Source of the DNA: a virus | DNA: 64,000 nucleotides | Virus record (IMG/VR): IMGVR_UViG_3300039106_000244 | Span: 53,016-117,015 of that record | Reading direction: 5' to 3' (one strand) | Part shown: positions 18,861-28,628 of the stretch, in pieces | Numbering within the stretch: position 1 is the first letter of the stretch | Layout of the letters: every line of letters starts with the position of its first letter | Notes under the pieces: model-generated | What the model was told of the DNA's origin: nothing | The model's input: only the letters and a program-made list of their open reading frames with translations | Database searches by the model: none | Position numbers and translations under genes: made by a program

Positions 18861-21800
18861 TTAAACCGCTCTTGAATATGCATCTAATGCATTAACGTAT
18901 GCAGTTTGTGCGGCTTTATTGGCTGCGTCCAATGGCGCATATTTAGCTTGAGCAGTTGCTAACTGAGTTTCTGCTGCAGCCAAGGATTGTTGATTATTAG
19001 CAATTAATGGGTCAGCTTCAGCTTGTGTTAGTACTCCCCGTGCTACTCTGTCAGGGTATCTATCGAGGTTAGCACGTATGGTTTCAATTCTAGATTGAAT
19101 TTGCATAACTGCATCTAACGCAGTATTTGCTGCAGATTGTGCTTGATCTCTTGCAGCTCTAGCTTGATCAGCTGTAGCCTTTAATGCTAATTTAGCATCA
19201 CTCATTGGAGCTACACTCGGTGGTGGAACAGCAATCGGTTCTGTTTGTGTAGTTATTGCAGTTTCTGGTGCTGTTGCATCAACTTTAGCCAACTCTTTCT
19301 CTTCAGCAGTTTGTAGTGGAGCCACAGTGTCAGCAACTGGCGCACTACCGGGTGCCTTATCATCACCTGTTGTTTTTGTTGAGAAGTCTGGACTATCTTT
19401 TGCAACATCTGCATTAGTTAATAATGGAGTAGCAGCAGTCACTTCTCGATTAGTATCAACAATTGAGCTATCAGTTGGTTCAAGCGATGATTGACGAGGT
19501 AAACGAACCATATCTATAACTTGTTCAAATTTTCCGCCTGTAAAAGTACTCGATACTGTAAGCACACGATACATACCCGAAAACAAACTTGTTTTATATT
19601 TAGGATCAAAATTCATCATGCCTGTGGATTCATTGATATCGACTGGGCTCTTAACTGTTACTTGAACATATATTTCACCTTGGTCCATGTGTAAACTTCC
19701 GTTTGCAATTAGTCGCGGATCTATCCCTGTAGAATCAACCTGATCCGATACCTTAGTTAGTATCGGCGGATAAAATACATCGTCCTGTTTGATATATTGC
19801 GGATCACCAATTATTCTTAATTTTGCTTGTAGCATGTCACCACCGGCTGTTGTATATAACGATGATTCAACGTCAGCTAGTGATATTGCTTCTACTGTTA
19901 CAGCACCACCAGTGGCATGCCGTTGAGTGTCTGCTATTTTAGATTTTATTCCAGATGGTGCAATTGAATTTGCTTGCTGTGTTTCTTGTGAGAGCGGAGC
20001 ATTTTTGGTTTCATCTATATTTAAATTTTGTGTCTTAGACATATTTTCTCTATATGCCGTCATTGCAGTATAATATAATGCGTTAAACTCAACATTAAAA
20101 TCGAGTACATCATTATTTTTTCCGGTATACCAATAATTATGTACTTTACAAGGGTTAGTCCAAACCCCTTGAGGAGCATCGGGTATTTTTGTATTATATA
20201 CCGTGTATGGCAATATATGGTATGTAATTTCTCGTGACCACGTTTCTTGTTTTATATTATAGTCTAATAATTTTACAGTTGGAACAACTTTATACCATTT
20301 CAATGGTTCAGCACTTTTCTTATTAAGATATTCTTTATATGCCTTGCCGTCGCCACCAAACGCCGATGCTGGTTTTACTTGTCCTTGTAAATAATGAGTG
20401 TGACGCATTGCAAATGAAATAACCTGATCTATACTTGTACCGGTATTAATTGCAAATACGCGAACATTATGCTCAAGTAATGTACCTTCACTGCCGCGGA
20501 TCGATAGTCTGTTCTCTTCACTTGCCATTGGAGTTTGAGCTGAACTTAATGTTTCAGAATTAAGATTAAATCCGCCTTCTTTTTTAATATCATCGTGAAT
20601 TTTAAAATAATACTTGTCCATGATTGTAGTCGAATCTTTAGCAGCTAAATCTGCATAATATGCATTAATTGCGCCGCTGTATGATTTTACTTTATAAATT
20701 GCATCTTTGCCTAGTATAACGTCAGTCGTTTCTTTACTCACTAATAGTGACGGGGCATACGTTAATTGTCCATCTGGTCCTATTAGATTACCCGTGCGTC
20801 CAGCTATAGTGGCAATTCCTCGACCATTGGCGCCGGCTGTGGGCGCTGCACGTAAAATAGTCGATGCTTTTAATTCTCGATTTGCTTTTAACTGGGCGGC
20901 TAGATTTTCTTCCTCATTGCTTTTGAAAAAACTTTCAATATCGCCGGCTGTTATTTCAAAGTTAGCTGGTGTAGTAACTGTTGATAAATTCCATGCAGAA
21001 TGGCTATACGGGCATGCTTCCATTTGATATTCTGCACCTTTTGCAGATGCTTTTATATCCATTTTTAATATCTGAATTGGAATCCGTTTTGTATGATCTG
21101 GTATAATACCAACAATTTCACCAGCATCATTTGTACCAAAGAAATCAATCTGTAACATATAAGGTTGTGCGATATAATTCACCGATCCAATATCGTGTGC
21201 GAGATCAATTATACGATTAAGCAACGTAATACCATACGGTTCAATAATCGAAAATTTAAGATTTATTGCATTAGTAGCACGTGAATGGTCATTTAATCCA
21301 ATTACTGTAGTCATGTCGAGATGTTCGAAGTAAAAATCATCAGCAAAAAATGGTGCACGTTTAAACATTGACATACCATTATCATTATTATATCGGCCTG
21401 CACTTGCTATAATAACCCGATTTGATTGATAAGTTTTATTGTTTTCCATCATTTTATTATATTCATCAATAGTCATCATAGCTAAACTTAATCCATATGT
21501 ATACAATGGATAAGCAAGTAACGGATTAGGTAACGGTGGTCTTTTTTTATTAGTTTCTGTATTTGCTTTTATTGGTTCGCTATGTGCAACTTCGGATGCG
21601 GTTGATGTAGCTGTATCTACTACTGCTGGTGGGTTGTTTGCTATTCTTGCATCTTCGGTTTTTGAAACTTTAGGCACTCTCGACAGTGCTTCATTTTGCT
21701 GTGCTCTAAGTTTCTCAAATTCATTTTGAAATTGCGATTGGTTTATTTTTCCACTGTTTAAATCATTTGCTAGATTAACCTGATATTGTGTATATTGTTG

Positions 21801-21896
21801 ATTAATTCGGTCAGCTGATCCAGCTGCCGGCGGCGGAGTAGATGCCAATTTATTTGCGGCAGTATCTTGCGTTTGCGGTGGTTTTACTAAGGCCAT
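18861..21896 (-). CDS. Baseplate hub-type protein (gp27/late control D-like), putative
   Basis: Lies between gp53-like and gp5-like genes; LRIIGDP and FSGMYRVLTVSSTFTGGKFEQVIDMVR resemble hub C-terminal motifs; coiled-coil/low-complexity ends. Confidence 0.55.
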   Translation of the reverse strand: MALVKPPQTQDTAANKLASTPPPAAGSADRINQQYTQYQVNLANDLNSGKINQSQFQNEFEKLRAQQNEALSRVPKVSKTEDARIANNPPAVVDTATSTASEVAHSEPIKANTETNKKRPPLPNPLLAYPLYTYGLSLAMMTIDEYNKMMENNKTYQSNRVIIASAGRYNNDNGMSMFKRAPFFADDFYFEHLDMTTVIGLNDHSRATNAINLKFSIIEPYGITLLNRIIDLAHDIGSVNYIAQPYMLQIDFFGTNDAGEIVGIIPDHTKRIPIQILKMDIKASAKGAEYQMEACPYSHSAWNLSTVTTPANFEITAGDIESFFKSNEEENLAAQLKANRELKASTILRAAPTAGANGRGIATIAGRTGNLIGPDGQLTYAPSLLVSKETTDVILGKDAIYKVKSYSGAINAYYADLAAKDSTTIMDKYYFKIHDDIKKEGGFNLNSETLSSAQTPMASEENRLSIRGSEGTLLEHNVRVFAINTGTSIDQVISFAMRHTHYLQGQVKPASAFGGDGKAYKEYLNKKSAEPLKWYKVVPTVKLLDYNIKQETWSREITYHILPYTVYNTKIPDAPQGVWTNPCKVHNYWYTGKNNDVLDFNVEFNALYYTAMTAYRENMSKTQNLNIDETKNAPLSQETQQANSIAPSGIKSKIADTQRHATGGAVTVEAISLADVESSLYTTAGGDMLQAKLRIIGDPQYIKQDDVFYPPILTKVSDQVDSTGIDPRLIANGSLHMDQGEIYVQVTVKSPVDINESTGMMNFDPKYKTSLFSGMYRVLTVSSTFTGGKFEQVIDMVRLPRQSSLEPTDSSIVDTNREVTAATPLLTNADVAKDSPDFSTKTTGDDKAPGSAPVADTVAPLQTAEEKELAKVDATAPETAITTQTEPIAVPPPSVAPMSDAKLALKATADQARAARDQAQSAANTALDAVMQIQSRIETIRANLDRYPDRVARGVLTQAEADPLIANNQQSLAAAETQLATAQAKYAPLDAANKAAQTAYVNALDAYSRAV

Positions 21897-21899
21897 CTA

Positions 21900-22205
21900 C
21901 TATAACCCCAATGCTGCTATAATAGTTTCTTTTTTAGGAATGAATATTGTTGTGCCTGGTAAGAAATCGAACACCGGGTCTTGTATAGTGTTAGGATTGC
22001 GCATGGCAAATACCCACCATAACGCACTGTCACCGTATAGGTCATAGGCTAATAAGTCCGGGCGATGTTTATATGTTGCGGCAATTCTATATACTACATC
22101 AGCGGCCAATGCCGGTATATCTCTAAATGTTGTGACATCTAAAAAGAATCCATAAGTTTCTGTTTTACTATATGGGCTTGTTTGACTATATTTAACTGCT
22201 GACAT
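21900..22205 (-). CDS. Baseplate wedge protein, T4 gp53-like (LysM-like)
   Basis: YKHRPDLLAYDLYGDSALWWVFAMRNP...FLPGTTIFIP motif. Confidence 0.85.
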   Translation of the reverse strand: MSAVKYSQTSPYSKTETYGFFLDVTTFRDIPALAADVVYRIAATYKHRPDLLAYDLYGDSALWWVFAMRNPNTIQDPVFDFLPGTTIFIPKKETIIAALGL

Positions 22206-23353
22206 TATATGAATCCTCCTGTGGTAGCAGTTTGTATTAATTTACCTGCTGCAAATGAATCAAGATTGAAATTATCATGTACATTTTTACGACTGTAGAC
22301 CGGTTTTAATGTAACCATTATTGTACTCGATGCTGGCACTCGTGTCGATGATGTTACTGCTTTAGTAGGTGCAGTTGTTGGTTTACCGGGTACATTAAAA
22401 TTAGGCCCAATACGCGACCCATTACCTAAAGAATCATTGACTGCACTTATGTTTGGTGCAGTCAATGTTGTTGTTACAACTGGAATTTGTATATAATCAA
22501 CTTCATTTGACATAGTATGTGTAAAGTTAGTTATGACACAAGGCACATGAGGGAAATAATGACTGCCGTAACCATCTAAGAATACAATAGGCGGTGGATT
22601 TCCTGCATTTGCTCCTTGCCCAAAAAACATTTTTGTAGCTGCTCTAAAAAAGTATATTGCCGCAAGTAAATATTTTCCTTCATCGATACCTTGAACAGTA
22701 AAATCACCAGTTAATGTAATATCACTTACTTCACTATTGTTATAAAATTGCTGTGAATAGTTACTATGTGTTGGTGAAGTCGGAGTATAATTAGCAACAT
22801 GCGACATTTGTATACTTGGTGTATACGGAAAGATTACACCATTTGTATCTTTAAGAGGATCCATTAACGTATTTGCGCCGGCTCCGGTTGCTTTATAAAA
22901 TATATTAGCACCAGCGGCTAAACTTATGCGTATTCTCCAATCATCTTCTGATGGTGCTCCACTTCCAGAAGTGTTTGCATCTTGTATTGCAATTGATGGT
23001 ACGCTTTGTGTTCCGGATGTCGCTGCATTTGGGGGTAATAGAAGTCTTCTCGCATCTGCTGAATCATACGATGCACCACCTTGTCCATTATTTGGATCAT
23101 TGTCGTATGTTCCAGCAACATATCCGCCACGAGAATCATATGATCCGGCTAGCGCACTACCTTGGTCATAATTTTGTGATTTAAATGAGTCGCCACCAAT
23201 TGATGTTGCGCCAGTTAAATAGGCACTAGGACTACTAGGATTATATCCTCCGCCATTGCTTAATGCTTGGTCACCAGTTGGCTTTAGAGCAAAATTAGGA
23301 GCAGTTCCGCTAGTATTATCAAATATAGGTGCATCTGTAGGATTTAGAGCCAT
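22205..23353 (-). CDS. Baseplate/tail-tube initiator protein (gp48/gp54-like), putative
   Basis: GVIFPYTPSI...ITLTGDFTVQ...PPPIVFLDGYG...PCVITNF resembles tube-initiator proteins; first gene of the baseplate operon. Confidence 0.55.
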   Translation of the reverse strand: MALNPTDAPIFDNTSGTAPNFALKPTGDQALSNGGGYNPSSPSAYLTGATSIGGDSFKSQNYDQGSALAGSYDSRGGYVAGTYDNDPNNGQGGASYDSADARRLLLPPNAATSGTQSVPSIAIQDANTSGSGAPSEDDWRIRISLAAGANIFYKATGAGANTLMDPLKDTNGVIFPYTPSIQMSHVANYTPTSPTHSNYSQQFYNNSEVSDITLTGDFTVQGIDEGKYLLAAIYFFRAATKMFFGQGANAGNPPPIVFLDGYGSHYFPHVPCVITNFTHTMSNEVDYIQIPVVTTTLTAPNISAVNDSLGNGSRIGPNFNVPGKPTTAPTKAVTSSTRVPASSTIMVTLKPVYSRKNVHDNFNLDSFAAGKLIQTATTGGFI

Positions 23354-23425
23354 AGTAAAAACCTCTTTTATAGTGTATTTATTGCCGGAGAAATAGTAGC
23401 CGTTAAAGATTACCGCATAAATAGG

Positions 23426-23455
23426 TTGTATAGCGCAATGCTGTTATGTTATACT
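23426..23455 (+). promoter_or_regulatory. Sigma70-type promoter for the gp55-like gene (extended -10)
   Basis: TTGTAT-N18-TATACT with TG before the -10; ATAAATA late motif also at 23417-23423. Confidence 0.5.
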
Positions 23456-23475
23456 AATTAAAAGGAACCAATACT

Positions 23476-24369
23476 GTGGCTCGCAAACTTAATTACCTTA
23501 ATAATAAAGATATATTAAAAGAAATCGCAAAAAGTAAATTAGCATATTGTAGTTTTATCAATAAAGAAGTAACTAGTTATGATGCAATTATATCTAGTGT
23601 TAGTGCAATTACCAAAAAATCAATAGCAGAAGCAAGGGCAACACGTGCAACCAGGTTAGCAAAAGAAGCACAAGAAGCCGAACTGTTACTAGGCAACAAA
23701 CGCAAATTAGATGAATTTGCAATCCCTGTAGAAAATATCCCAGTTACTGACATTGTATTTCGTGTTATGACGTGGGAGCATATACCAATCGATGAAGTTA
23801 AACAGAAAAAATCCGATGCTAAAGCACAAGAAGCATACGACGAAGACTTATTTGAAACTGAATATGATGAACCCGCTGTTAAAGTTAAAGGTGCTACTAA
23901 GTACGTTAAACTAAATTTTCCTCCATTCTTTCATTATTCAGTAACTGAAGACTTAACTCCAGTTATTGTTGGCAAAAGTCATTGGAAGGGTGATTTAGAA
24001 ACTGGTAAGTTCAGTAGAGATCACGGACAGATGACTGCTAAGTTAGCTCATATGTTTGTTAAACTATGTGAACGCTATGCTACACGTAGTAACTGGCGTG
24101 GTTATACATACAATGACGAAATGCGTTCACAAGCATTACTTCAATTAAGTCAGATCGGGCTACAGTTCGATGAAAGTAAATCAGACAATCCATTTGCTTA
24201 TTACACAGCCGCAATTACAAATAGCTTTACTCGTGTATTAAACATCGAAAAGCGTAATCAAAACATCCGTGATGATATCTTAGAGATGAATAACTATGCA
24301 CCTAGCTACACACGTCAGAATCAAGGTGGTGGCAGTTGGGGTGGTGGTGGACACGGAGCAGACGAGTAA
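23476..24369 (+). CDS. Late-transcription sigma factor, T4 gp55-like, with long insertion
   Basis: NYLNNKDIL at the N-terminus and NWRGYTYNDEM...FDESKSDNPFAYYT...F core; GTG start after AAGGA; adjacent to gp47/gp46 as in T4-like phages. Confidence 0.85.
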   Translation: MARKLNYLNNKDILKEIAKSKLAYCSFINKEVTSYDAIISSVSAITKKSIAEARATRATRLAKEAQEAELLLGNKRKLDEFAIPVENIPVTDIVFRVMTWEHIPIDEVKQKKSDAKAQEAYDEDLFETEYDEPAVKVKGATKYVKLNFPPFFHYSVTEDLTPVIVGKSHWKGDLETGKFSRDHGQMTAKLAHMFVKLCERYATRSNWRGYTYNDEMRSQALLQLSQIGLQFDESKSDNPFAYYTAAITNSFTRVLNIEKRNQNIRDDILEMNNYAPSYTRQNQGGGSWGGGGHGADE

Positions 24370-24386
24370 TTTGGCAATATTTTCTT

Positions 24387-24416
24387 TTGACTTCACTGGG
24401 TTAAGTATTATACACT
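24387..24416 (+). promoter_or_regulatory. Sigma70-type promoter, probably giving a leaderless gp47 mRNA
   Basis: TTGACT-N18-TACACT; ATG 6 nt after the -10; no SD. Confidence 0.5.
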
Positions 24417-24422
24417 AATTAT

Positions 24423-25439
24423 ATGGCAAATTTATTTAAAAAAGCAGCGATTCTGACTGACGTGCATTTTGGCTTAAAGTCAAATAGTCAAACACATAAT
24501 GATGATTGTTTAAACTTTGTTAAGTGGTTTATTAGCAAAGCTAAAGAAGAAGGTTGTGATGTTTGCTTTATGTTAGGTGACTGGCATAATAATCGAGCGG
24601 CAATTAATATCATCACGTTAAACTACAGTCTAACAGCGTTAGAGTTGTTGGGCAAAGCGTTTGAACGTGTTATATTCATTCCGGGCAATCACGACCTATA
24701 CTATAGAGATAAGCGTGATATACAGTCAGCTGAGTGGGCGCGACATATTCCTAACATCGAAATTATCAATGACTTCTATCAAGAGGGTGATGTAAGCATA
24801 GTCCCTTGGCTAGTAGGTGACGATCATAAGAAGATACAAAAGATTAATGCAAAATATATGTTTGGGCACTTTGAGTTACCGGGCTACTATATGAACGCCA
24901 TGGTGCAGATGCCAGAACACGGTGAAATCAGACGTGAAGACTTTGGACACATTGATCATGTCTATAGCGGACACTTCCATAAACGTCAAACTGGTAAGAA
25001 CATTACCTACGTTGGTAATGCATTCCCACACAACTATGCAGACGCAGGTGATGACGAACGTGGCATGATGATATTAGAGTGGGGCAATGAGCCAACGTTT
25101 CATGCCTGGCCTGACCAACCAAAGTATCGTGTGTATACATTAAGTGGTATACTGCAAAACCCGGATACTTTATTGCAAAAGGGCATGCACTGTCGAGTAA
25201 ACATTGATGTGGATATTTCATACGAAGAAGCAACCTTTATTAAAGAAACATTTGTAGGTACATACAATTTGCGTGAGCTTACACTAATACCAGTTAAGCA
25301 TACCGATGTTGGTACAGATATTATGCTAGGTAATATTCAATTCGAAAGTATCGATACTATCGTAACAAGTCAACTAACAGCTATTAATAGTGATCATTAT
25401 AATCCAGTATTGTTATTAGATATCTATAGGAATCTATGA
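24423..25439 (+). CDS. Recombination endonuclease subunit, T4 gp47 (Mre11/SbcD-like)
   Basis: Metallophosphoesterase motifs DVHFG, GDWH, GNHD, GHFE, SGHFH. Confidence 0.92.
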   Translation: MANLFKKAAILTDVHFGLKSNSQTHNDDCLNFVKWFISKAKEEGCDVCFMLGDWHNNRAAINIITLNYSLTALELLGKAFERVIFIPGNHDLYYRDKRDIQSAEWARHIPNIEIINDFYQEGDVSIVPWLVGDDHKKIQKINAKYMFGHFELPGYYMNAMVQMPEHGEIRREDFGHIDHVYSGHFHKRQTGKNITYVGNAFPHNYADAGDDERGMMILEWGNEPTFHAWPDQPKYRVYTLSGILQNPDTLLQKGMHCRVNIDVDISYEEATFIKETFVGTYNLRELTLIPVKHTDVGTDIMLGNIQFESIDTIVTSQLTAINSDHYNPVLLLDIYRNL

Positions 25440-26146
25440 AGATATATGCAAATGGTTGTAGTTTTACCTACGGAGATGATTTAATCTCACCATTGCAATC
25501 TGCATGGCCATCTTTATTAGCCGATAAATTAAGTGGAATAATTACAAACGATGCAGTTAGCGGTGGTACAAATAGTAGAACTATGTATCGTACAATTAAA
25601 AATATCCAATATGATTACGATTTATACTTAATTGCATGGACTACATATTCAAGATTTACATTTTATAAAAGCGATAATAATTTTGAAACAAATTTTAATC
25701 CACAGTTAATACATCGTTTATATTCAAATAAACATTTTTACACAACATGGGGTAATACATTATATAAACATTGGTATAATGAATTATACGCCTTTAAATT
25801 ATGGTTGCAACAAATTATACAGCTACAATCATTATTAAGTAATAAAAATTATATCATGATTAATACTATGAATAATAATATCGCGAGATGGACTGTTGAT
25901 AAAGAATTATTCAATGAATCAGTTAAGTCATTGATTAATTTTGATATTATGAAAGATGAACAAATACTTGCTGAATTTGAAGAAATACAATATTATATAA
26001 GTATCATAGATTTTTCTAAGTTTTACAAATGGAACGGATTCTATATAACCCAATTATGTTCACAATTTAAGTGCGGTCCCACTGGACACATATTAGAAGA
26101 TGGACATGCTCATTTAGCGGAATTAATATACAAACATGTCATTTAA
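25436..26146 (+). CDS. Hypothetical protein, SGNH/GDSL-hydrolase-like
   Basis: IYANGCSFTYG (block I-like), NDAVSGGTN, C-terminal GHILEDGH; very AT-rich; overlaps both neighbours. Confidence 0.55.
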   Translation: MKIYANGCSFTYGDDLISPLQSAWPSLLADKLSGIITNDAVSGGTNSRTMYRTIKNIQYDYDLYLIAWTTYSRFTFYKSDNNFETNFNPQLIHRLYSNKHFYTTWGNTLYKHWYNELYAFKLWLQQIIQLQSLLSNKNYIMINTMNNNIARWTVDKELFNESVKSLINFDIMKDEQILAEFEEIQYYISIIDFSKFYKWNGFYITQLCSQFKCGPTGHILEDGHAHLAELIYKHVI

Positions 26147-27908
26147 AATAAAAAATCTCACGGTGAAAAATTTCATGAGCGTTGGTAATGCCACGCAGGC
26201 AGTGGACTTTGATCGCAACGATCTCACGTTAGTGTTAGGCGTTAACGTTGACTTAGGCGGAGATGATAGTGGTGCACGTAACGGTACTGGTAAAACAACT
26301 ATCATTAATGCACTAAGCTATAGTTTGTTTGGGCAGGCGTTAACTAATATTAAACGTGATAACTTAATTAATAAAACCAATGGTAAAAACATGTTAGTTA
26401 CTGTTGAGTTCGAGCATAACGGGCAAGACTATAAGATTGAACGTGGGCGTAAGCCAAACGTAATGAAGTTTTACGTAGGTGACGAAGAAAAAGAAATTAC
26501 AGATGAGAGTCAAGGCGATAGTAGAGAAACACAAGCTGAGATTGAACGCTTGTTAAGCATGTCGCACAATATGTTCAAACACATTGTTGCGCTTAATACA
26601 TATACCGAGCCATTCTTAAGTCTTAAATCTAATGATCAGCGTGAGATTATCGAGCAGTTACTTGGTATTACTGTGTTAAGCGAAAAAGCAGAAAAACTTA
26701 AAGAGCTAGGTCGTGCTACTAAAGAAGCAATTCAGCAAGAAGAATACAAAATTAAGGCGATTGCAGACGCAAATGAGCGTATTAAAGAGCAAATTGAGAG
26801 CTTAAAACGTCGACAAACTATGTGGACTACTAAGCACACAGATGACACAGTAAAACTACAAAATGCATTAACAGAGTTGCTTAAAATTGATATCGAACAA
26901 GAGCTCGTGGCACACAAAGGGCTTACTGCATACAATCAAAAGCGTAAAGATATTGCCGATTTAACTACAGCATTAACTCGCGCACGTGCAGATCAAGAAC
27001 GTGAACGCAAACGTGCAGACAAGTTAACCGCAGAAATAGCTACGCTAGAAAGCCATCAATGTCATACGTGCGGACAAGCATTCCACGATGATAAGCACGA
27101 AGCTGTCTTAACTGCTAAGAAAGTTGAACTCAGCGATGCTACTATATCATTCGAAGCACACGGTGCTACTATTGCAGATTTAGAGTTTGCACTCACTGAG
27201 TTAGGTGTATTAGGTGCGCAACCAAAAGTCTTTTACGATAAAGAAGCAGATGCGTTTCATCATAAGGGTTCTATTACAAGTTTAGAAACACAGTTAGCAA
27301 CTAAAACCGCAGAAGTCGACCCGTATGCCGAACAGATTGAAGAGATGACGCATACTGCTATGGCGGACACTGATTATACTACAATGAATGAGCTTGTTAA
27401 GTTAAAGGAACATCAAGACTTCTTGTTAAAACTATTAACTAACAAAGATAGCTTTATCCGTAAACGTATTATTGATCAAAACTTGTCGCATTTGAATGCA
27501 CGATTAAGTCAATACTTAGATCGTATCGGCTTACCGCACACAGTAACGTTCTTAAATGATTTAAGCGTTGAAATTACAGAACTAGGGCGTGAGTTAGACT
27601 TTGATAACTTGTCACGTGGAGAACGTAATCGCTTGATACTAAGTTTAAGTTGGGCGTTCCGTGATGTATGGGAGAGTTTATACAATCCAATCAACTTATT
27701 GTTTATCGACGAACTTATCGACAGTGGTATGGACAGTAGCGGAGTTGAAAGTTCATTGGGCATACTTAAAAAGATGTCACGTGAGCATGAAAAAAGTATT
27801 TGGCTTGTATCGCACAAAGACGAACTTGCAGGGCGAGTTAACAATATTATGACAGTAACAAAAGAGAACGGGTTTACCTCATATAGTACAGACGTAGAAG
27901 TAATTTAA
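26136..27908 (+). CDS. Recombination ATPase subunit, T4 gp46 (Rad50/SbcC-like)
   Basis: Walker A NGTGKTT, coiled coil with CHTC zinc hook, signature LSRGE, Walker B LLFIDE, VSH. Confidence 0.93.
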   Translation: MSFKIKNLTVKNFMSVGNATQAVDFDRNDLTLVLGVNVDLGGDDSGARNGTGKTTIINALSYSLFGQALTNIKRDNLINKTNGKNMLVTVEFEHNGQDYKIERGRKPNVMKFYVGDEEKEITDESQGDSRETQAEIERLLSMSHNMFKHIVALNTYTEPFLSLKSNDQREIIEQLLGITVLSEKAEKLKELGRATKEAIQQEEYKIKAIADANERIKEQIESLKRRQTMWTTKHTDDTVKLQNALTELLKIDIEQELVAHKGLTAYNQKRKDIADLTTALTRARADQERERKRADKLTAEIATLESHQCHTCGQAFHDDKHEAVLTAKKVELSDATISFEAHGATIADLEFALTELGVLGAQPKVFYDKEADAFHHKGSITSLETQLATKTAEVDPYAEQIEEMTHTAMADTDYTTMNELVKLKEHQDFLLKLLTNKDSFIRKRIIDQNLSHLNARLSQYLDRIGLPHTVTFLNDLSVEITELGRELDFDNLSRGERNRLILSLSWAFRDVWESLYNPINLLFIDELIDSGMDSSGVESSLGILKKMSREHEKSIWLVSHKDELAGRVNNIMTVTKENGFTSYSTDVEVI

Positions 27909-27963
27909 TTTACCACCCACCGTACGGTGGTTAAATACACATAACAACAAGGAGAAGTAAAAC

Positions 27964-28149
27964 ATGTCAATTCATGAAGAAATTTTGGCGGCAGTAGAAT
28001 TATACGTTTCAGAATCAGAAAAATTTGAAGTTAAGGGTGTTAAGGCTGCAGCGGCACGTGCTCGTGGTGCATTAGGCGATTTAGGTAAGTTAACTAAAGC
28101 TCGTCGTGCAGAAATTCAAGACAAGAAAAATAGTTTAGCTGCAAAATAA
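27964..28149 (+). CDS. Small basic histone H1-like (Hc1-type) DNA-binding protein, putative
   Basis: 61 aa, EKFEVKGVKAAAARARGALGDLGKLTKARRAEIQ; strong SD AAGGAG; TTAAATA late motif upstream. Confidence 0.6.
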   Translation: MSIHEEILAAVELYVSESEKFEVKGVKAAAARARGALGDLGKLTKARRAEIQDKKNSLAAK

Positions 28150-28156
28150 ATAACGT

Positions 28157-28597
28157 ATGACATACGAATTTCCCTGGATCTATAATGGTACACTTTTTGA
28201 TTCAGGGGATATCGGTGAATATTACGGCTTCATTTATAGAATAACAAATCTCACAAACGGACACGATTACGTGGGCCGCAAATATTTTAAAACTATTAAA
28301 AAAAGACCACCATTAAAAGGCAAGAAGAACAAACGTCTAGAAACAATCGAAACTGATTGGAAAGATTATTGGGGTTCATCAAGTCGGTTAGTAGCAGATA
28401 TATTAGAACTAGGCAAGGAACAGTTTAAACGCGAAATTATACATCTATGTAGCAGTCGCGGAGAAACTAATTATATGGAAGCGCATTATCAATTTAAGGA
28501 AGAAGTACTGTTAAGAGAAGATAACTATAATGGTATTATACAACTTAAACTAGGTAAAAACTCCGTTAAAGATGTAAAGATTAATAAAACTAGTTGA
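28157..28597 (+). CDS. GIY-YIG family nuclease (T4 endonuclease II/DenA-like)
   Basis: GFIYRITNLTNGHDYVGRK (GIY-YIG variant), DWKDYWGSS, E...YNGII. Confidence 0.75.
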   Translation: MTYEFPWIYNGTLFDSGDIGEYYGFIYRITNLTNGHDYVGRKYFKTIKKRPPLKGKKNKRLETIETDWKDYWGSSSRLVADILELGKEQFKREIIHLCSSRGETNYMEAHYQFKEEVLLREDNYNGIIQLKLGKNSVKDVKINKTS

Positions 28598-28622
28598 CCA
28601 ATAACATTAAACGTATTACAAT
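28594..28622 (+). promoter_or_regulatory. Sigma70-type promoter firing into the non-coding region
   Basis: TTGACC-N17-TACAAT, overlapping the stop of the nuclease gene. Confidence 0.65.
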
Positions 28623-28628
28623 AAACAC

